A stretch of 64,000 bases of DNA from an uncultured Nitrospiraceae bacterium. Lineage in GTDB: Bacteria > Nitrospirota > Thermodesulfovibrionia > Thermodesulfovibrionales > SM23-35. The stretch is taken from positions 640,001 through 704,000 of the forward strand of contig CAVSHB010000002.1 in NCBI GenBank assembly GCA_963727775.1, written 5' to 3'. This document shows, one piece after another, positions 18,023 to 28,175 of the stretch (position 1 is the first letter of the stretch; each line of letters opens with the position of its first letter). Under the pieces are notes generated by a model. It saw only the letters and a list, made by a program, of their open reading frames with translations, had not been told where the DNA came from and did not search any database. The position numbers were made by a program, and so were the translations under genes.

Positions 18023-19720
18023 ATGACTAAAAAGTTATTGTTCTTCGTATTGTGTGCATGTTTTCTGTTCTTAATTGCCAGCGGATTGCGCGCAGTCTAT
18101 TCTGTAGAGAGTCCTGTAAAGGAACAAAAGGCGCTTGAAAGCAAGCCTGCCGTTAAAACAGATAATAAGCTTGCGATCGCTCACACGGAAATCTTCGGTG
18201 AGTTGGAGCGGCCGCAGGTAATTTTTGACCATCAGAAACATGTCGAGGCCCTGAAAAAGGAGGGCAAGAAAGAGGCAGAAACGTGTACGAAATGCCATCC
18301 TGTCGACGAGGAAAAGGACCTCATCCTGTTTAGTTTTCCCAAGAAGGTAAAGGGCAAGGACAAAGATGCGGTGATGCACGCCTACCATGACGAATGTATT
18401 ACCTGTCATAAAGAGAAGAGGATAGAAAAGAAAAAGGCAGGTCCCGTCATCTGCGCGGATTGTCATATCGAGAAGCTCCGATACGTAAAGCCCGATCATC
18501 CGGTATTTGAATTTGATTATCAAGTCCATGATAACCATGATAAGAAGCTCAAAGAGAGAAACATTAAGGAGACCTGTGATCGCTGTCATCATATCTATGA
18601 TGAAGAATTAGTTTACGAAAGAGGAAAAGAATGGTCCTGCTACTATTGCCACGATACCTCAAAGAAAACAGGCCCGGTATTGGCTGCTGCGACACGGATT
18701 ACTAAAAAGAAGGATTTTACCATAAGAAAAGTTTCACACGTTAGATGTCTCAACTGCCACCTGTATTTTACTCTGACGGAGAAACCTGATCCGACGGGGA
18801 AGAAAAAAGCGGGTCCTCTTGTCTGTGATAAATGTCATATCGGCAAATATAGAACAGTTGCCGAACTCGAAAAGGTTCCGCGGCCTGACGCTGGTCAGCC
18901 GAAACAGCCTTTCATACATATAGAAAATGCCAAGCTGAAGGGTGTAATGTTTGACCACAAGACTCATGAAACTAATTCCAAGACTTGCAGAGGCTGTCAT
19001 CATGAAACATTGAATGCCTGTAAGGAGTGCCACGATATTACTGGTGACGCTAAAGGAAAGTGGGTCAATACCGCAAATGCATATCATGATATATTTTCCG
19101 GAAAAAGCTGTGCCGGCTGCCATGGGATTAAGAAACAAGAGAAAGATTGCGTGGGCTGTCATCATGCGATATTACCGATGAACCTGGAGACAAACGGTCC
19201 GAAGAAAGAGACCTGCGCCCTCTGTCATACGGGGAAAAAGGAAGGCATTCCCAAGCCGCAAAAACTCTCTACGGCTGAACTCGCTAAGGAACTTGATAGA
19301 GAAAAAGTCAAAAAAGAGGTTGAGGTGAAGGTTCTGGAGAAGGAATTTAAGCCGGCCAAATTCCCCCATTTCAAGATGATCGAGAGGATGGTCAAAATAT
19401 CAAATGACAGCGGTCTGGGGTCTTATTTCCATGCGAAGATGCAGACTATCTGCGACGGGTGCCATCATCAGAGCCGCGCGGAAGCTGAAGCAAAGAAAAA
19501 TACTCCGCCGTTGTGCAGAAACTGCCATTCGATAACTTTTGATCCTCTGCACATGAACAGGCCGCGCCTGCTCGCAGCTTATCATCGCCAGTGTATCAGC
19601 TGTCATGAGAAGATGAAGCTTGAAAAGCCGAAACAATGTAAAGAATGCCATGAAAAGAAAGCTGTGAGGCCCAAATATGTCATTCCGAAACCTTTGGGCT
19701 ACGACGACCTGTTAAAGTAA
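18023..19720 (+). CDS. hmcA: 16-heme high-molecular-weight cytochrome c
   Basis: Signal peptide; 16 CxxCH motifs counted; cytochrome c3-type FDH/FPH repeats. Confidence 0.9.
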   Translation: MTKKLLFFVLCACFLFLIASGLRAVYSVESPVKEQKALESKPAVKTDNKLAIAHTEIFGELERPQVIFDHQKHVEALKKEGKKEAETCTKCHPVDEEKDLILFSFPKKVKGKDKDAVMHAYHDECITCHKEKRIEKKKAGPVICADCHIEKLRYVKPDHPVFEFDYQVHDNHDKKLKERNIKETCDRCHHIYDEELVYERGKEWSCYYCHDTSKKTGPVLAAATRITKKKDFTIRKVSHVRCLNCHLYFTLTEKPDPTGKKKAGPLVCDKCHIGKYRTVAELEKVPRPDAGQPKQPFIHIENAKLKGVMFDHKTHETNSKTCRGCHHETLNACKECHDITGDAKGKWVNTANAYHDIFSGKSCAGCHGIKKQEKDCVGCHHAILPMNLETNGPKKETCALCHTGKKEGIPKPQKLSTAELAKELDREKVKKEVEVKVLEKEFKPAKFPHFKMIERMVKISNDSGLGSYFHAKMQTICDGCHHQSRAEAEAKKNTPPLCRNCHSITFDPLHMNRPRLLAAYHRQCISCHEKMKLEKPKQCKECHEKKAVRPKYVIPKPLGYDDLLK

Positions 19721-19732
19721 GGAGAAGAGAAA

Positions 19733-19849
19733 ATGCATCTTTATATTTTTGAACAATTGTTTACGCCAAAAGGTTATGAGTACATGATAGCAGTCTTGGC
19801 TGCATTTGTATTCATTTTTTTCTATTCCGTTTTGAGCACGAAGAGATAA
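19733..19849 (+). CDS. hmcD: Small single-TM subunit, HmcD-like (38 aa)
   Basis: Below the ORF-track cutoff; RBS AAGGAG; MHLYIFEQLFTPKGYEYMIAVLAAFVFIFFYSVLSTKR. Confidence 0.65.
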   Translation: MHLYIFEQLFTPKGYEYMIAVLAAFVFIFFYSVLSTKR

Positions 19850-19871
19850 TAATTGGCACGGAGGCTAATCT

Positions 19872-20867
19872 ATGGGAATTAGCAGGAGAAATTTTTTTGG
19901 GCGTGTGGCTACCATTGCCGGAACTGCCATACTCGGCAGAAGCACAACAGCCCATGCATTGAATACGGCAAATGAAAGAAACTGGAATCTGTGGTATAAG
20001 AAACTGCCGCCTGTAAGTGAAGAGCGTTACGGTGTACTCGTCGACACAACTGTCTGTATCGGATGTAGGAGGTGTGAGTGGGCGTGTAACGAGTGGAACA
20101 AGAATCCAAACCCGCCGATAGAAGAGTTTGAAACTTCAGTAAACCAGAAGAGCTCTGTTTTCGATACTGTAAGAAGGATGCATGCGGAAAACTTTACGGT
20201 GGTAAACCGGTTTATAAGTCCTAAAGACGGAAAACCTATATATGTAAAAAGGCAGTGCATGCATTGCGAGGATCCGGGATGTCTGTCGTCATGCTTTGTT
20301 GATGCTTACAGGAAGACAAAAATGGGGCCGGTTTTGTATGGCCAGGGTCTTTGCGTCGGATGCCGTTACTGTATGGTTGCCTGCCCTTTTGATGTTCCTG
20401 CTTATGAATACAATGAACCTCTTAATCCGCAGATTACCAAATGCACTTTCTGTTTCGACAGAATTACCGTAGGCAGTGTGCCGGCTTGTGTTGAGATCTG
20501 TCCGGCCCAGGTGATGACATTCGGGAAAAGGAGTGACCTGATTAACCTTGCCCATAAACGGATTATAGATAATCCGGGCAAATATGTTGATCATATTTAC
20601 GGGGAACATGAAGTCGGCGGAACAAGCTGGATGTATCTATCTTCTGTCCCCTTTGAGCAAATTGGCTTTAAAACAAGTCTTCCGGAGGCAACGGTACCCA
20701 GTCTCAGTAAAGGGTATCTCTTCGGGGTAAAGATGTTCGAAGTAATCGGTGCATGGCCACTGGTCTTTGGGGCTTATTATGCGATATCAAAGGCTCGCAA
20801 GAAAACAAAAGGTAGCGATGAAGCATCTTCTGAGCAGAAAGGAGAAGGCCATGGCGCAAAACACTAA
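19872..20867 (+). CDS. hmcB: HmcB/HybA-like Tat-exported 4Fe-4S protein
   Basis: SRRNFF Tat motif, CIGCRRCEWAC, CMHCEDPGCLSSC, CVGCRYCMVACP, KCTFC, YGEHEVGGT, C-terminal TM. Confidence 0.88.
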   Translation: MGISRRNFFGRVATIAGTAILGRSTTAHALNTANERNWNLWYKKLPPVSEERYGVLVDTTVCIGCRRCEWACNEWNKNPNPPIEEFETSVNQKSSVFDTVRRMHAENFTVVNRFISPKDGKPIYVKRQCMHCEDPGCLSSCFVDAYRKTKMGPVLYGQGLCVGCRYCMVACPFDVPAYEYNEPLNPQITKCTFCFDRITVGSVPACVEICPAQVMTFGKRSDLINLAHKRIIDNPGKYVDHIYGEHEVGGTSWMYLSSVPFEQIGFKTSLPEATVPSLSKGYLFGVKMFEVIGAWPLVFGAYYAISKARKKTKGSDEASSEQKGEGHGAKH

Positions 20868-22068
20868 TTCTTGGGTCAGAGAGAAGATATTCCTTGGTAT
20901 GTCGAACCGAGACTATATTGCCAGTATTGCCACCCCATGGAATTTTCTTGCAGCTATCATTCTGTTCTTTGCAGTTGGCGTAATGATTTGGAGACTCTTT
21001 TTCGGACTTGGGGCAACGACAAATCTTTCTGATGATTATCCTTGGGGGTTATGGATAGGATTTGACATACTTGTCGGAATCGCCCTTGCGGCTCCGGGTC
21101 TTACCCTCGGGACAGCGGTTCATCTTTTCGGGATGAAGAAATATAGTCATTTTGTACGTCCGGCTATTCTTTCAAGCATGCTCGGATATATTTTCGCCGT
21201 AATTGCGCTTCTCTTCGACCTCGGTCGTTATTATCGTATGCCATATCTCTTGGGCGGGTCATGGGGATTTTCCTCTATCCTGTTCCTGATAGGCTGGCAT
21301 TTCTTTCTGTATATCAATATTTGCCTTATCGAATGGAGCCCCGCTCTGTTTGAATGGCTGAATCTGAGAAATCTCCGTGAATTCTTTAATAAACTGGCTA
21401 TCTGGGCTACTATTTTCGGGGTAATCATAGCGGGTGGCCATCAGTCTGCTCTCGGCGGTTTGTATCTTCTTGCCCAGAGCAAACTTCATCCGCTCTGGTA
21501 TTCGAAACTATTACCTGTTTTTTTCCTTCTGTCGGCGATCTTTGCTGGCATAGCCATGGTGATTGTTGAAAGCACGATTACCCATCGTGTTTTTAAAAGC
21601 CAGGTTAAGGACTTTAGTCAGCCTGATTTTGACAGGCTGACCATCGGTCTCGGTAAGGGTGCAGCGTCTGCCATGGTCATTTACCTTATACTGAAAATGC
21701 TCGGTGTCGCCGATGCCGACAATTGGGAGTACTTGAACACCCCGTACGGCTACTGGTTCTTAGTGGAACTCCTCGGCTTTGTCCTCTTTCCGGTTTTCCT
21801 CTTTACCTCTGCCGCCAGAAACGATAATGCCAAACTTGCCCGGATTGCGGGTTTCATTACCGTCTTCGGCGTTATATTAAACCGGCTGAATGTATCTGTT
21901 ATTGCTTATAACTGGGATCTTCCCGCCTCGTCGCTCAGATATTATCCGAGATGGTCTGAGATTGCACTAACCTTAGGAGTTGTTACTATGATCATATTAG
22001 CTTATCGCTGGATTGTGAACAGGATGGCTATTATGCACGAACATCCTGAATATGAGTCAGAGCATTAA
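20851..22068 (+). CDS. hmcC: HmcC/NrfD-PsrC family integral membrane subunit
   Basis: TNLSDDYPWGLWIGFD, DLGRY, HQSALG, LHPLWYS; RBS-supported start MAQN at 20851. Confidence 0.88.
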   Translation: MAQNTNSWVREKIFLGMSNRDYIASIATPWNFLAAIILFFAVGVMIWRLFFGLGATTNLSDDYPWGLWIGFDILVGIALAAPGLTLGTAVHLFGMKKYSHFVRPAILSSMLGYIFAVIALLFDLGRYYRMPYLLGGSWGFSSILFLIGWHFFLYINICLIEWSPALFEWLNLRNLREFFNKLAIWATIFGVIIAGGHQSALGGLYLLAQSKLHPLWYSKLLPVFFLLSAIFAGIAMVIVESTITHRVFKSQVKDFSQPDFDRLTIGLGKGAASAMVIYLILKMLGVADADNWEYLNTPYGYWFLVELLGFVLFPVFLFTSAARNDNAKLARIAGFITVFGVILNRLNVSVIAYNWDLPASSLRYYPRWSEIALTLGVVTMIILAYRWIVNRMAIMHEHPEYESEH

Positions 22069-22106
22069 ATTCAACTATCTTGCGGCAGGTAAAATTCTTT
22101 AAAAGG

Positions 22107-22136
22107 TAGTGCAGGGGGGTGTCCCCCCTTGCACTA
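22107..22136. terminator. GC-rich hairpin between convergent genes
   Basis: TAGTGCAGGGGGG-tgt-CCCCCCTTGCACTA. Confidence 0.6.
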
Positions 22137-22164
22137 TGATTTCTGTTTCGTAGATACGTGTTCC

Positions 22165-22572
22165 TTAGTTCTTAGGTTCCGGTTTCTTGGATTCCAGCCC
22201 AACCTGCTTTAAGGCGATACTGTTGGCTATATTCCTACCAGAAGACTTTGTAAACTTTACAACCGCCTTGTCGCCTGCTTTTATATCAGCTATAGTTTTC
22301 TTTTCGTTTTCTTTCGTGATTTTTGTCTTATCGTCGACAGCGACATTTGTCTCTATTACTCTGTTTCCCACTTTCTTTGTAACGGTAATTGATTTAGAAA
22401 CAGCATTGACTGCTTTGATTTCACCCGTAATTTGCTGTATTTTGGTCGCAGCCGGCAGCGAAGATGGAACCGGCTCTGTTTTTTTCTCGCCGGACGCAAA
22501 AGCCATCGAAGCTACAACAATTATAGCGATTACAGATAATAAAAAAAGTTTGACATCCTTCATTAAGATCAC
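22165..22572 (-). CDS. Secreted small OB-fold-like hypothetical protein
   Basis: Signal peptide (MAFA-S), ITGEIKAVN..SITV, DIKAGDKAVVKF; RBS AGGAGG suggests start at 22563. Confidence 0.7.
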   Translation of the reverse strand: MILMKDVKLFLLSVIAIIVVASMAFASGEKKTEPVPSSLPAATKIQQITGEIKAVNAVSKSITVTKKVGNRVIETNVAVDDKTKITKENEKKTIADIKAGDKAVVKFTKSSGRNIANSIALKQVGLESKKPEPKN

Positions 22573-22799
22573 CTCCTTTCATTTAATAATTGTAAGTTTG
22601 TTAGAATAATCATTTTTTCTTGCAGGCTCAATACTCAAAAAATTCTAAGCTTAATTTTCATAAATATTATACTTTTTATATGGAATTTTCAATGTTTTGT
22701 TTTATGGGTTTTCTCGCTGACGAATTCATTCCTATTGAGCAATTGTGTTTGGGCTGCCGGCAGGTTTATCTCCTACTGACCGGCAAGAAAAAACCATCT

Positions 22800-23948
22800 C
22801 TACCATCGCAAATTTTTTAGGACAAGCGGAGCAAGAATAGTGGTCATCAAAGACATAAGCACTATCGACACATAGATGTCCTGGCTTATAATATTCGAGG
22901 TCAGGCCTATCAATGCGACTATCATTGCGACCTCTCCCCTTGGAGACATCCCAAATCCGATAGCTATCGATTCTTTATTATTGAATCCGACCAGTCGTGA
23001 GGCGGACCCGCAGCTTATAATCTTTGTCAATATGGCAGTAAAAAGCAGGGCCAGAAAGAAAGGCAGGATATGAGGTGTCAATTCTTTAAGATTTGCCAGT
23101 ATACCAAGGCTTATGAAAAATATAGCTCCAAAGATCACTTTTAGGTACTCTGCCCCTTCTTTTAAATCCTTGCTGTTTTTAGTCCTTATACCCTCCAATA
23201 CTGCTCCTGAGAGAAAGGCGCCGACAATCGCCGACAGGCCGATTATCTCGGCAACGGATGCATACAAGAAACAAAACATAATTGATGTGATGAACAAAAA
23301 ATGAGGATGCTTTGTCGCAAATCTCATCTTGTCCAACTGTAAAAATAATTTCTTGATGTACGGCGCAGCAAAGATTCCTGCAATCAGAAAGACTACTGCC
23401 TTAGTCGCCGTTGTAAAAATATACGCAACCGCCGTGCTCTCTGCTCTTATAGACCGTATGGAGATCGACAGTGCCAGAAGGCCGAGGACATCATCTATTA
23501 CCGCTGCCCCGATTATCGCACGTGCCGTGGAGGTGTCCAATTTTTTCATCTCCTGCAGGACGCCTGCGGTAACTGCGATGCTTGTCGCCGTTAAAGCAAC
23601 ACCGATAAACATTGATTCCCTGAAGCCGTAGCCGAAGAAATGGCCCAGTAGATAACCTGCTATCCACGGGAAAATAATCCCGACGAGCGCAATGAAGAGG
23701 TATTTCAATCTGTAAACTTCTCTAATCCTGAATTCCATGCCTACTGCAAACAGAAGGATTATCGCCCCGAGATGTGCCAGCATCTTTATTGCATCAGTAT
23801 ATTTAACCAGGGAAAGGAAACTCGGACCGATTATTATTCCAATGATTATTATTCCTACGACTGCAGACTGGTTGATTCTCGATGCCAGCAGATAACCTGC
23901 GATCGCAAACAGTAGGACTATACTTATTTGTAATTCAATGGTTGACAT
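22800..23948 (-). CDS. Cation:proton antiporter (CPA2/NapA-like)
   Basis: Many TM helices; ATSIAVT, GAAVIDDVLGL, GMSPRGEVA. Confidence 0.92.
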   Translation of the reverse strand: MSTIELQISIVLLFAIAGYLLASRINQSAVVGIIIIGIIIGPSFLSLVKYTDAIKMLAHLGAIILLFAVGMEFRIREVYRLKYLFIALVGIIFPWIAGYLLGHFFGYGFRESMFIGVALTATSIAVTAGVLQEMKKLDTSTARAIIGAAVIDDVLGLLALSISIRSIRAESTAVAYIFTTATKAVVFLIAGIFAAPYIKKLFLQLDKMRFATKHPHFLFITSIMFCFLYASVAEIIGLSAIVGAFLSGAVLEGIRTKNSKDLKEGAEYLKVIFGAIFFISLGILANLKELTPHILPFFLALLFTAILTKIISCGSASRLVGFNNKESIAIGFGMSPRGEVAMIVALIGLTSNIISQDIYVSIVLMSLMTTILAPLVLKNLRW

Positions 23949-24029
23949 GCGTCTTCAATTTTACTACATATCGGCTTTTTGTGTTCTTCCGAGAATTATG
24001 AGGGAGGATGTGTTAAATAGAATTGTCCA

Positions 24030-24059
24030 TATACACGCAGGCTGAAGCCTGCGTGTATA
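24030..24059. repeat. REP-like perfect palindrome
   Basis: TATACACGCAGGCT-ga-AGCCTGCGTGTATA. Confidence 0.6.
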
Positions 24060-24699
24060 CGAAATAATGTCTGAAGAACCCTGAAAATGGTGGGGGCATT
24101 TAAATTCTGTACCTGGAACATGGGAAGGGTACGATGCACATGAAAGAATTTAAAGGACCCCGTAAGAAGGTTTGAAAGTTACTGTATTAGTGTCCTCCTG
24201 ATACTACACGTTACTTCACATTAATAGCCGACTTGCTTAGACTTAATCATTACAGCTACGAGAAATACAACACATACTATACGTATGACACCAATCACAT
24301 TGCATATAGTATTAGACAATATTCTCCTCACCCCAGGTAAACTTAATAAATACTTCCCATGGAATTATGACAAGCCGCTTGTACTTAACAGTACCGTTAT
24401 CTTTAATCTTTCTCACACAAGTAAATCTACTGTCGTCTTCCTTCTTAATCCAACCTCTCGCAGCCCATGCTCTAAGAACTGGCATCTCGGAATAATTTTC
24501 TTTTCTAAGAACCTCGGCGAGCTTGTGCCGATATATACCTATCCATTCGTCATCTAGGAGTCTGTCGGACTTGAATTGCTGTTTTTGACAGCGGTTGGAA
24601 TCCGAGAGAGTCGATTGTAGTTATTTTTCATGATTTGATCGTCTGTCATCGGTTCTTTCCTGCCGGTGTTTTGTTGGATACATTATGCCATCGCCATTT

Positions 24700-26127
24700 T
24701 CAGGCGCCTACCTGGCTGTTCCTCAATGCATGCAGCCTTTTGATGTTCCATGCAATGCAGATCATATCCCACTCGCCATTGACTGCAGTAAAACCACGCA
24801 ACAGGAATCGGTCAAATCCCATAGCTGCCTTGATTACCCCAAACGCCGGCTCCACAGTACTCTTGCGTATCGCATAAATTGCCTTACCGGCAACTGTCTT
24901 CAACCGATGTTTCATTCTTGTCACTGCATCAGCATCAACCGGCAATGGAGGCGGTTCGACGAATCGCTCCCATAAAGGCTGATTATGACTCTGCCGATCT
25001 ACTGCTATATATGGCTCTATTCCTTTGCTCTCACATTCTTGCACATTTGCTTCGCTGTAATACCCGCTGTCGGCTATTATAGTTTTTACTTTGCCAAGTT
25101 GTTCGGGCAGATATGTAAGCGCTTCAAGCGCTGGTTTCATCTGCTGTTTGTCATTGGATTGTTGTGTTACATGCGTTGCGACAATAAGCATTGTTTCTGT
25201 ATCCACGGCTGCTTGAGCATTATAAGCCTGCTTGAATCCTCCACCCGATGCCGGCATTATGCGAGATTCTTCATCGGTCAGATTGACCTGATCTTTGTCA
25301 GTTGGCCCGGCTGCAGGCGGCTTGGGTCCTTTGCCTCGGGGTTTCTTGCCGCTCTGCTTTTGTTTGGCTACACGCTCTGCCTGTTTCTTTTCACTGTCGG
25401 CTTGTTCCATTGCATGCCGCTCTGCCGCACGGCGCTCTATCTCAGCTTTTGCTTCAGCTATCATTTTCAGCCGCTTCTCTCGCCGCTCCAGCTCTTCCGG
25501 GATGTTCATGCCGTCAGGAATGTCAGCTTTGTCAGCAGCCTCAGCTTTCTTCATCAGTTCCGCCACTTCCACTTTCAACTTATTCTCTATTTTGCATGCA
25601 TGCCCGTAGCTCAACGCCTTGTGCTTTGAGGCATTGGCTTTCATTTTGGTCCCATCCAAGCTGACCGTGCCTAACTTCAATACCCCGGTTTCTGCTGCTA
25701 TCATTAGTATCTGCACAAACAGTTCTTTCAGCTTAGGCAAAAACCGACGTCGAAAGGTTGCTATTGTGTCATGGTCAGGGTGACTGTTGGCTGCCACATA
25801 CCGGAATGCTACAGAGTCGTACGTGCTACGCTCTAATTGCCTGCTCGAAAAGACTCCCGTCGCATATCCGTAAAATAATAATGCCACCAGCATCTCAGGG
25901 CTGTATGCCTCACTGCCTCGTCCTGCATAATCATTTTTCAACCGGTCAAGATTAAGCTGATCCACTATCTCTACGACAAATCTCGCCAAGTGACCCTCGG
26001 GCAACCATTCCTGCACCGACGGCGGAAATAAATATATCGTCTCTCTGTCACATTGTTTGAACATTATGCTGATCTCCTGTTGTTCATTCTTATGCCGCTT
26101 GTCTATTATGCCATAAGGAACGCCCAT
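24700..26127 (-). CDS. IS1182-family DDE transposase
   Basis: PDHDTIATFRR, LDGTKMKANAS, ADSGY, RKSTVEPAFG; true start may be the internal ATG of MFKQC. Confidence 0.92.
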   Translation of the reverse strand: MGVPYGIIDKRHKNEQQEISIMFKQCDRETIYLFPPSVQEWLPEGHLARFVVEIVDQLNLDRLKNDYAGRGSEAYSPEMLVALLFYGYATGVFSSRQLERSTYDSVAFRYVAANSHPDHDTIATFRRRFLPKLKELFVQILMIAAETGVLKLGTVSLDGTKMKANASKHKALSYGHACKIENKLKVEVAELMKKAEAADKADIPDGMNIPEELERREKRLKMIAEAKAEIERRAAERHAMEQADSEKKQAERVAKQKQSGKKPRGKGPKPPAAGPTDKDQVNLTDEESRIMPASGGGFKQAYNAQAAVDTETMLIVATHVTQQSNDKQQMKPALEALTYLPEQLGKVKTIIADSGYYSEANVQECESKGIEPYIAVDRQSHNQPLWERFVEPPPLPVDADAVTRMKHRLKTVAGKAIYAIRKSTVEPAFGVIKAAMGFDRFLLRGFTAVNGEWDMICIAWNIKRLHALRNSQVGA

Positions 26128-26130
26128 GCA

Positions 26131-26260
26131 GGTCTGTCGGACTTAGATAATTACAGGCCGAAAAGATTTCTGCTGCCCAGTTTGCAATAAAGGTTCTTAA
26201 GAGACTGCCGTGTCCTTCAAGAAGTAAACTTTTCAGAAATGTTGAAAGTCCGACAGACTC
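26131..26260. mobile_element. 130-bp MITE-like unit forming one end of the IS1182
   Basis: Third TIR copy GTCTGTCGGACTT at 26132-26144, inverted relative to the end at 26246-26260. Confidence 0.7.
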
Positions 26261-27118
26261 CTAGGATTTGCCCATATAGTTCTCGTTCACTTTTATTCTT
26301 GAAATAACTCTCATTTGCCGATATCCAGGATGTTACAAAATCCATCGCTCTGGTCGGAAGATCTCCTTTATCTTTAGGCATCCGCTTGAACTATGTTGAA
26401 TACACGATAAATGTTCTCAGTGTCTGCTTTGTTACCTAGGCCGAGAATCCTGTGCACAAGATCCGCGGCAACCTTGATGACGGCAAAATAATGTGACATT
26501 CTATCTCCGACTTCTGACCCTGCTTCCCTTGAGAGTTCCTGCTGATATCTCTTGAACTCTTTTTTCAATTTGTGCAGCTCCCCAGGATTCTCAACGACCG
26601 CCAGAAGGCCATCTATGTATCTTGACCCTGCGTGACCATAATTCTCCCGGACAAGTTGCTTGAACTCATTGATGAATGCGCCCTTCGCATTGGCAAACGG
26701 CGATCCGTAAAGCTCAATGGTCCGCGCTCTTGCGCCTCCGAAGGTGGTACAATCGGTGAGCTTCCGCTCTCCAGTTGAGAAAACGACTGTCCGCCACGTC
26801 CTGAGGTGTTGTATAGCGGTAAGAGATCCTCTACCCTTTCCGGCTCCATTCGCAAGCTGATAAAGCATCTTCTACATTTTCTTGTCTTCTACATTTTGTG
26901 AATCATCGGGGAAAATAGGCATATCGCAATAGAAAGCGGCCAAGCGCTCCAAGAATACCCGCGTCGAATCCCATCCGAATACTAGACCTCCATTCTCTTT
27001 GTAAGGATTACCCCAAACACTTGAAGCGAGCTCAAGCACTGTAGTCTTGCCCACTGAGGTATTACCCCAGAAATGGAGCACACACAGAATAAATTTATTC
27101 CCGATGTGAACAAAATCT

Positions 27119-27178
27119 CTCCCCACATAACATCTTCCCCAGGATAACCGAGACTTCCTATTGTCTGGGGCGTGAAGG
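27119..27178 (+). repeat. About 60-bp imperfect direct repeat, copy 1
   Basis: CTCCCCACATAACATCTTCCCCAGGATAACCGAGACTTCCTATTGTCTGGGGCGTGAAGG. Confidence 0.75.
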
Positions 27179-27244
27179 GCTATGGTAGATTTGAGCAATC
27201 CATATGACCTTGCATCTTCCTATCAAGATTAGTTAATTTCAAAT

Positions 27245-27635
27245 ATGCCTTCCTCGAGAAAAAAGAAAAAGAAACAACATCCCCTCCTTTGGGTTGTTGA
27301 ACCCTTGCTGTAAGAAGCGAGTTATTTGGAAAAACCCATGTTTGGATGTCTTGCGGTTTATCTTCATGGGAGGCTTATGCTTGTTCTTGCATACAGGAGA
27401 AGAACCCTGGTATGGTTTAATGATCCCGACTGACTACCAGTTCCATCAAGATATCATGGAAGACTTTCCCGATGCAGTTCAACACTCTGTCCTGAAAAAA
27501 TGGCTTTACTTGCCTGAAGCAACAGAGGATTTTGAAACAGTGGCTTCTAATATTGTTGAGAGAGTTAGGATGAATTATCTCAGATTTGGGGTTGAACCCC
27601 AAGAACGGATTCCAAAGAGAAAAAGAAAATCATGA
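27245..27635 (+). pseudogene. TfoX-N-like gene with premature stop and frameshift
   Basis: MPSSRKKKKKQHPLLWVVEPLL*EASYLEKPMFGCLAVYLHGRLMLVLAY, continuing in another frame as GEEPWYGLMIPT...KKWLYLPE. Confidence 0.6.
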
Positions 27636-28156
27636 GAATAATCCACTGTACCCAAAAACTCCTGAAAGAACTTGATATCCCTCTTATCGAACCTGATAAG
27701 ATTCTTTCCACCCCTGAAGGGTTGGGAAACTGGTATGCAAATCTGATAGGGATTGACAGGAGAAGGTGCCTTCTTTTTACTAATGAAAAGACCCTTTATA
27801 CATTTCTTATCCCGAAGGTATTGAAGGATAATCTAAAGAATATTGAGGATGAATTTCTTACCCACCTTACTTATAATTTGCAAAATGAGGGCTTCGGTCT
27901 GGAGGTTATAAGCATCCAGCAGGAATATAAGGAAATAGGCTTTGCAAAAACCTCAAACAAGAGAGTTTTAGGTTTGTTGGATGAATTTGCATTCGAATAT
28001 GAATTTATGATTAGGCGAGAAGGTGGAATAGAAAAGGTGAAAATCCTTGAGATTAATCGGCAGATTAACAGGACTATCAAAGTAGCAATAAGGTACCAGT
28101 GTCCCATTGAGATTTTGAAGAAGGTGTTGCAGGGAGCTAACCCTATCTTTTCTTGA
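27632..28156 (+). CDS. Conserved hypothetical protein (DUF6933-like)
   Basis: IHCTQKLLKEL, LGNWYAN, LFTNEKTLY, KTSNKRVLG pattern. Confidence 0.65.
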   Translation: MRIIHCTQKLLKELDIPLIEPDKILSTPEGLGNWYANLIGIDRRRCLLFTNEKTLYTFLIPKVLKDNLKNIEDEFLTHLTYNLQNEGFGLEVISIQQEYKEIGFAKTSNKRVLGLLDEFAFEYEFMIRREGGIEKVKILEINRQINRTIKVAIRYQCPIEILKKVLQGANPIFS

Positions 28157-28175
28157 TTCCCTCAAGCAACCCAAC

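Larger units (their letters stand above)
24558..26260 (-). mobile_element. IS1182-family insertion sequence with CTAG target duplication
   Basis: TIRs GAGTCTGTCGGACTT / AAGTCCGACAGACTC; CTAG at 24554-24557 and 26261-26264. Confidence 0.9.
24365..27100 (-). pseudogene. DUF927 (SF3 helicase/primase-associated) gene; 5'-truncated, with internal stop/frame breaks, and split by IS1182
   Basis: LHFWGNTSVGKTT (Walker A), LYQLANGAGKGRG, STGE, ENYGHAG; removing the IS and one CTAG restores ...YGQIL-D-DEWIGIYR... Confidence 0.8.

Noticed and set aside
20749..20850. N-terminal extension of hmcC in the ORF track
   Set aside because: Overlaps hmcB; the RBS supports the ATG at 20851
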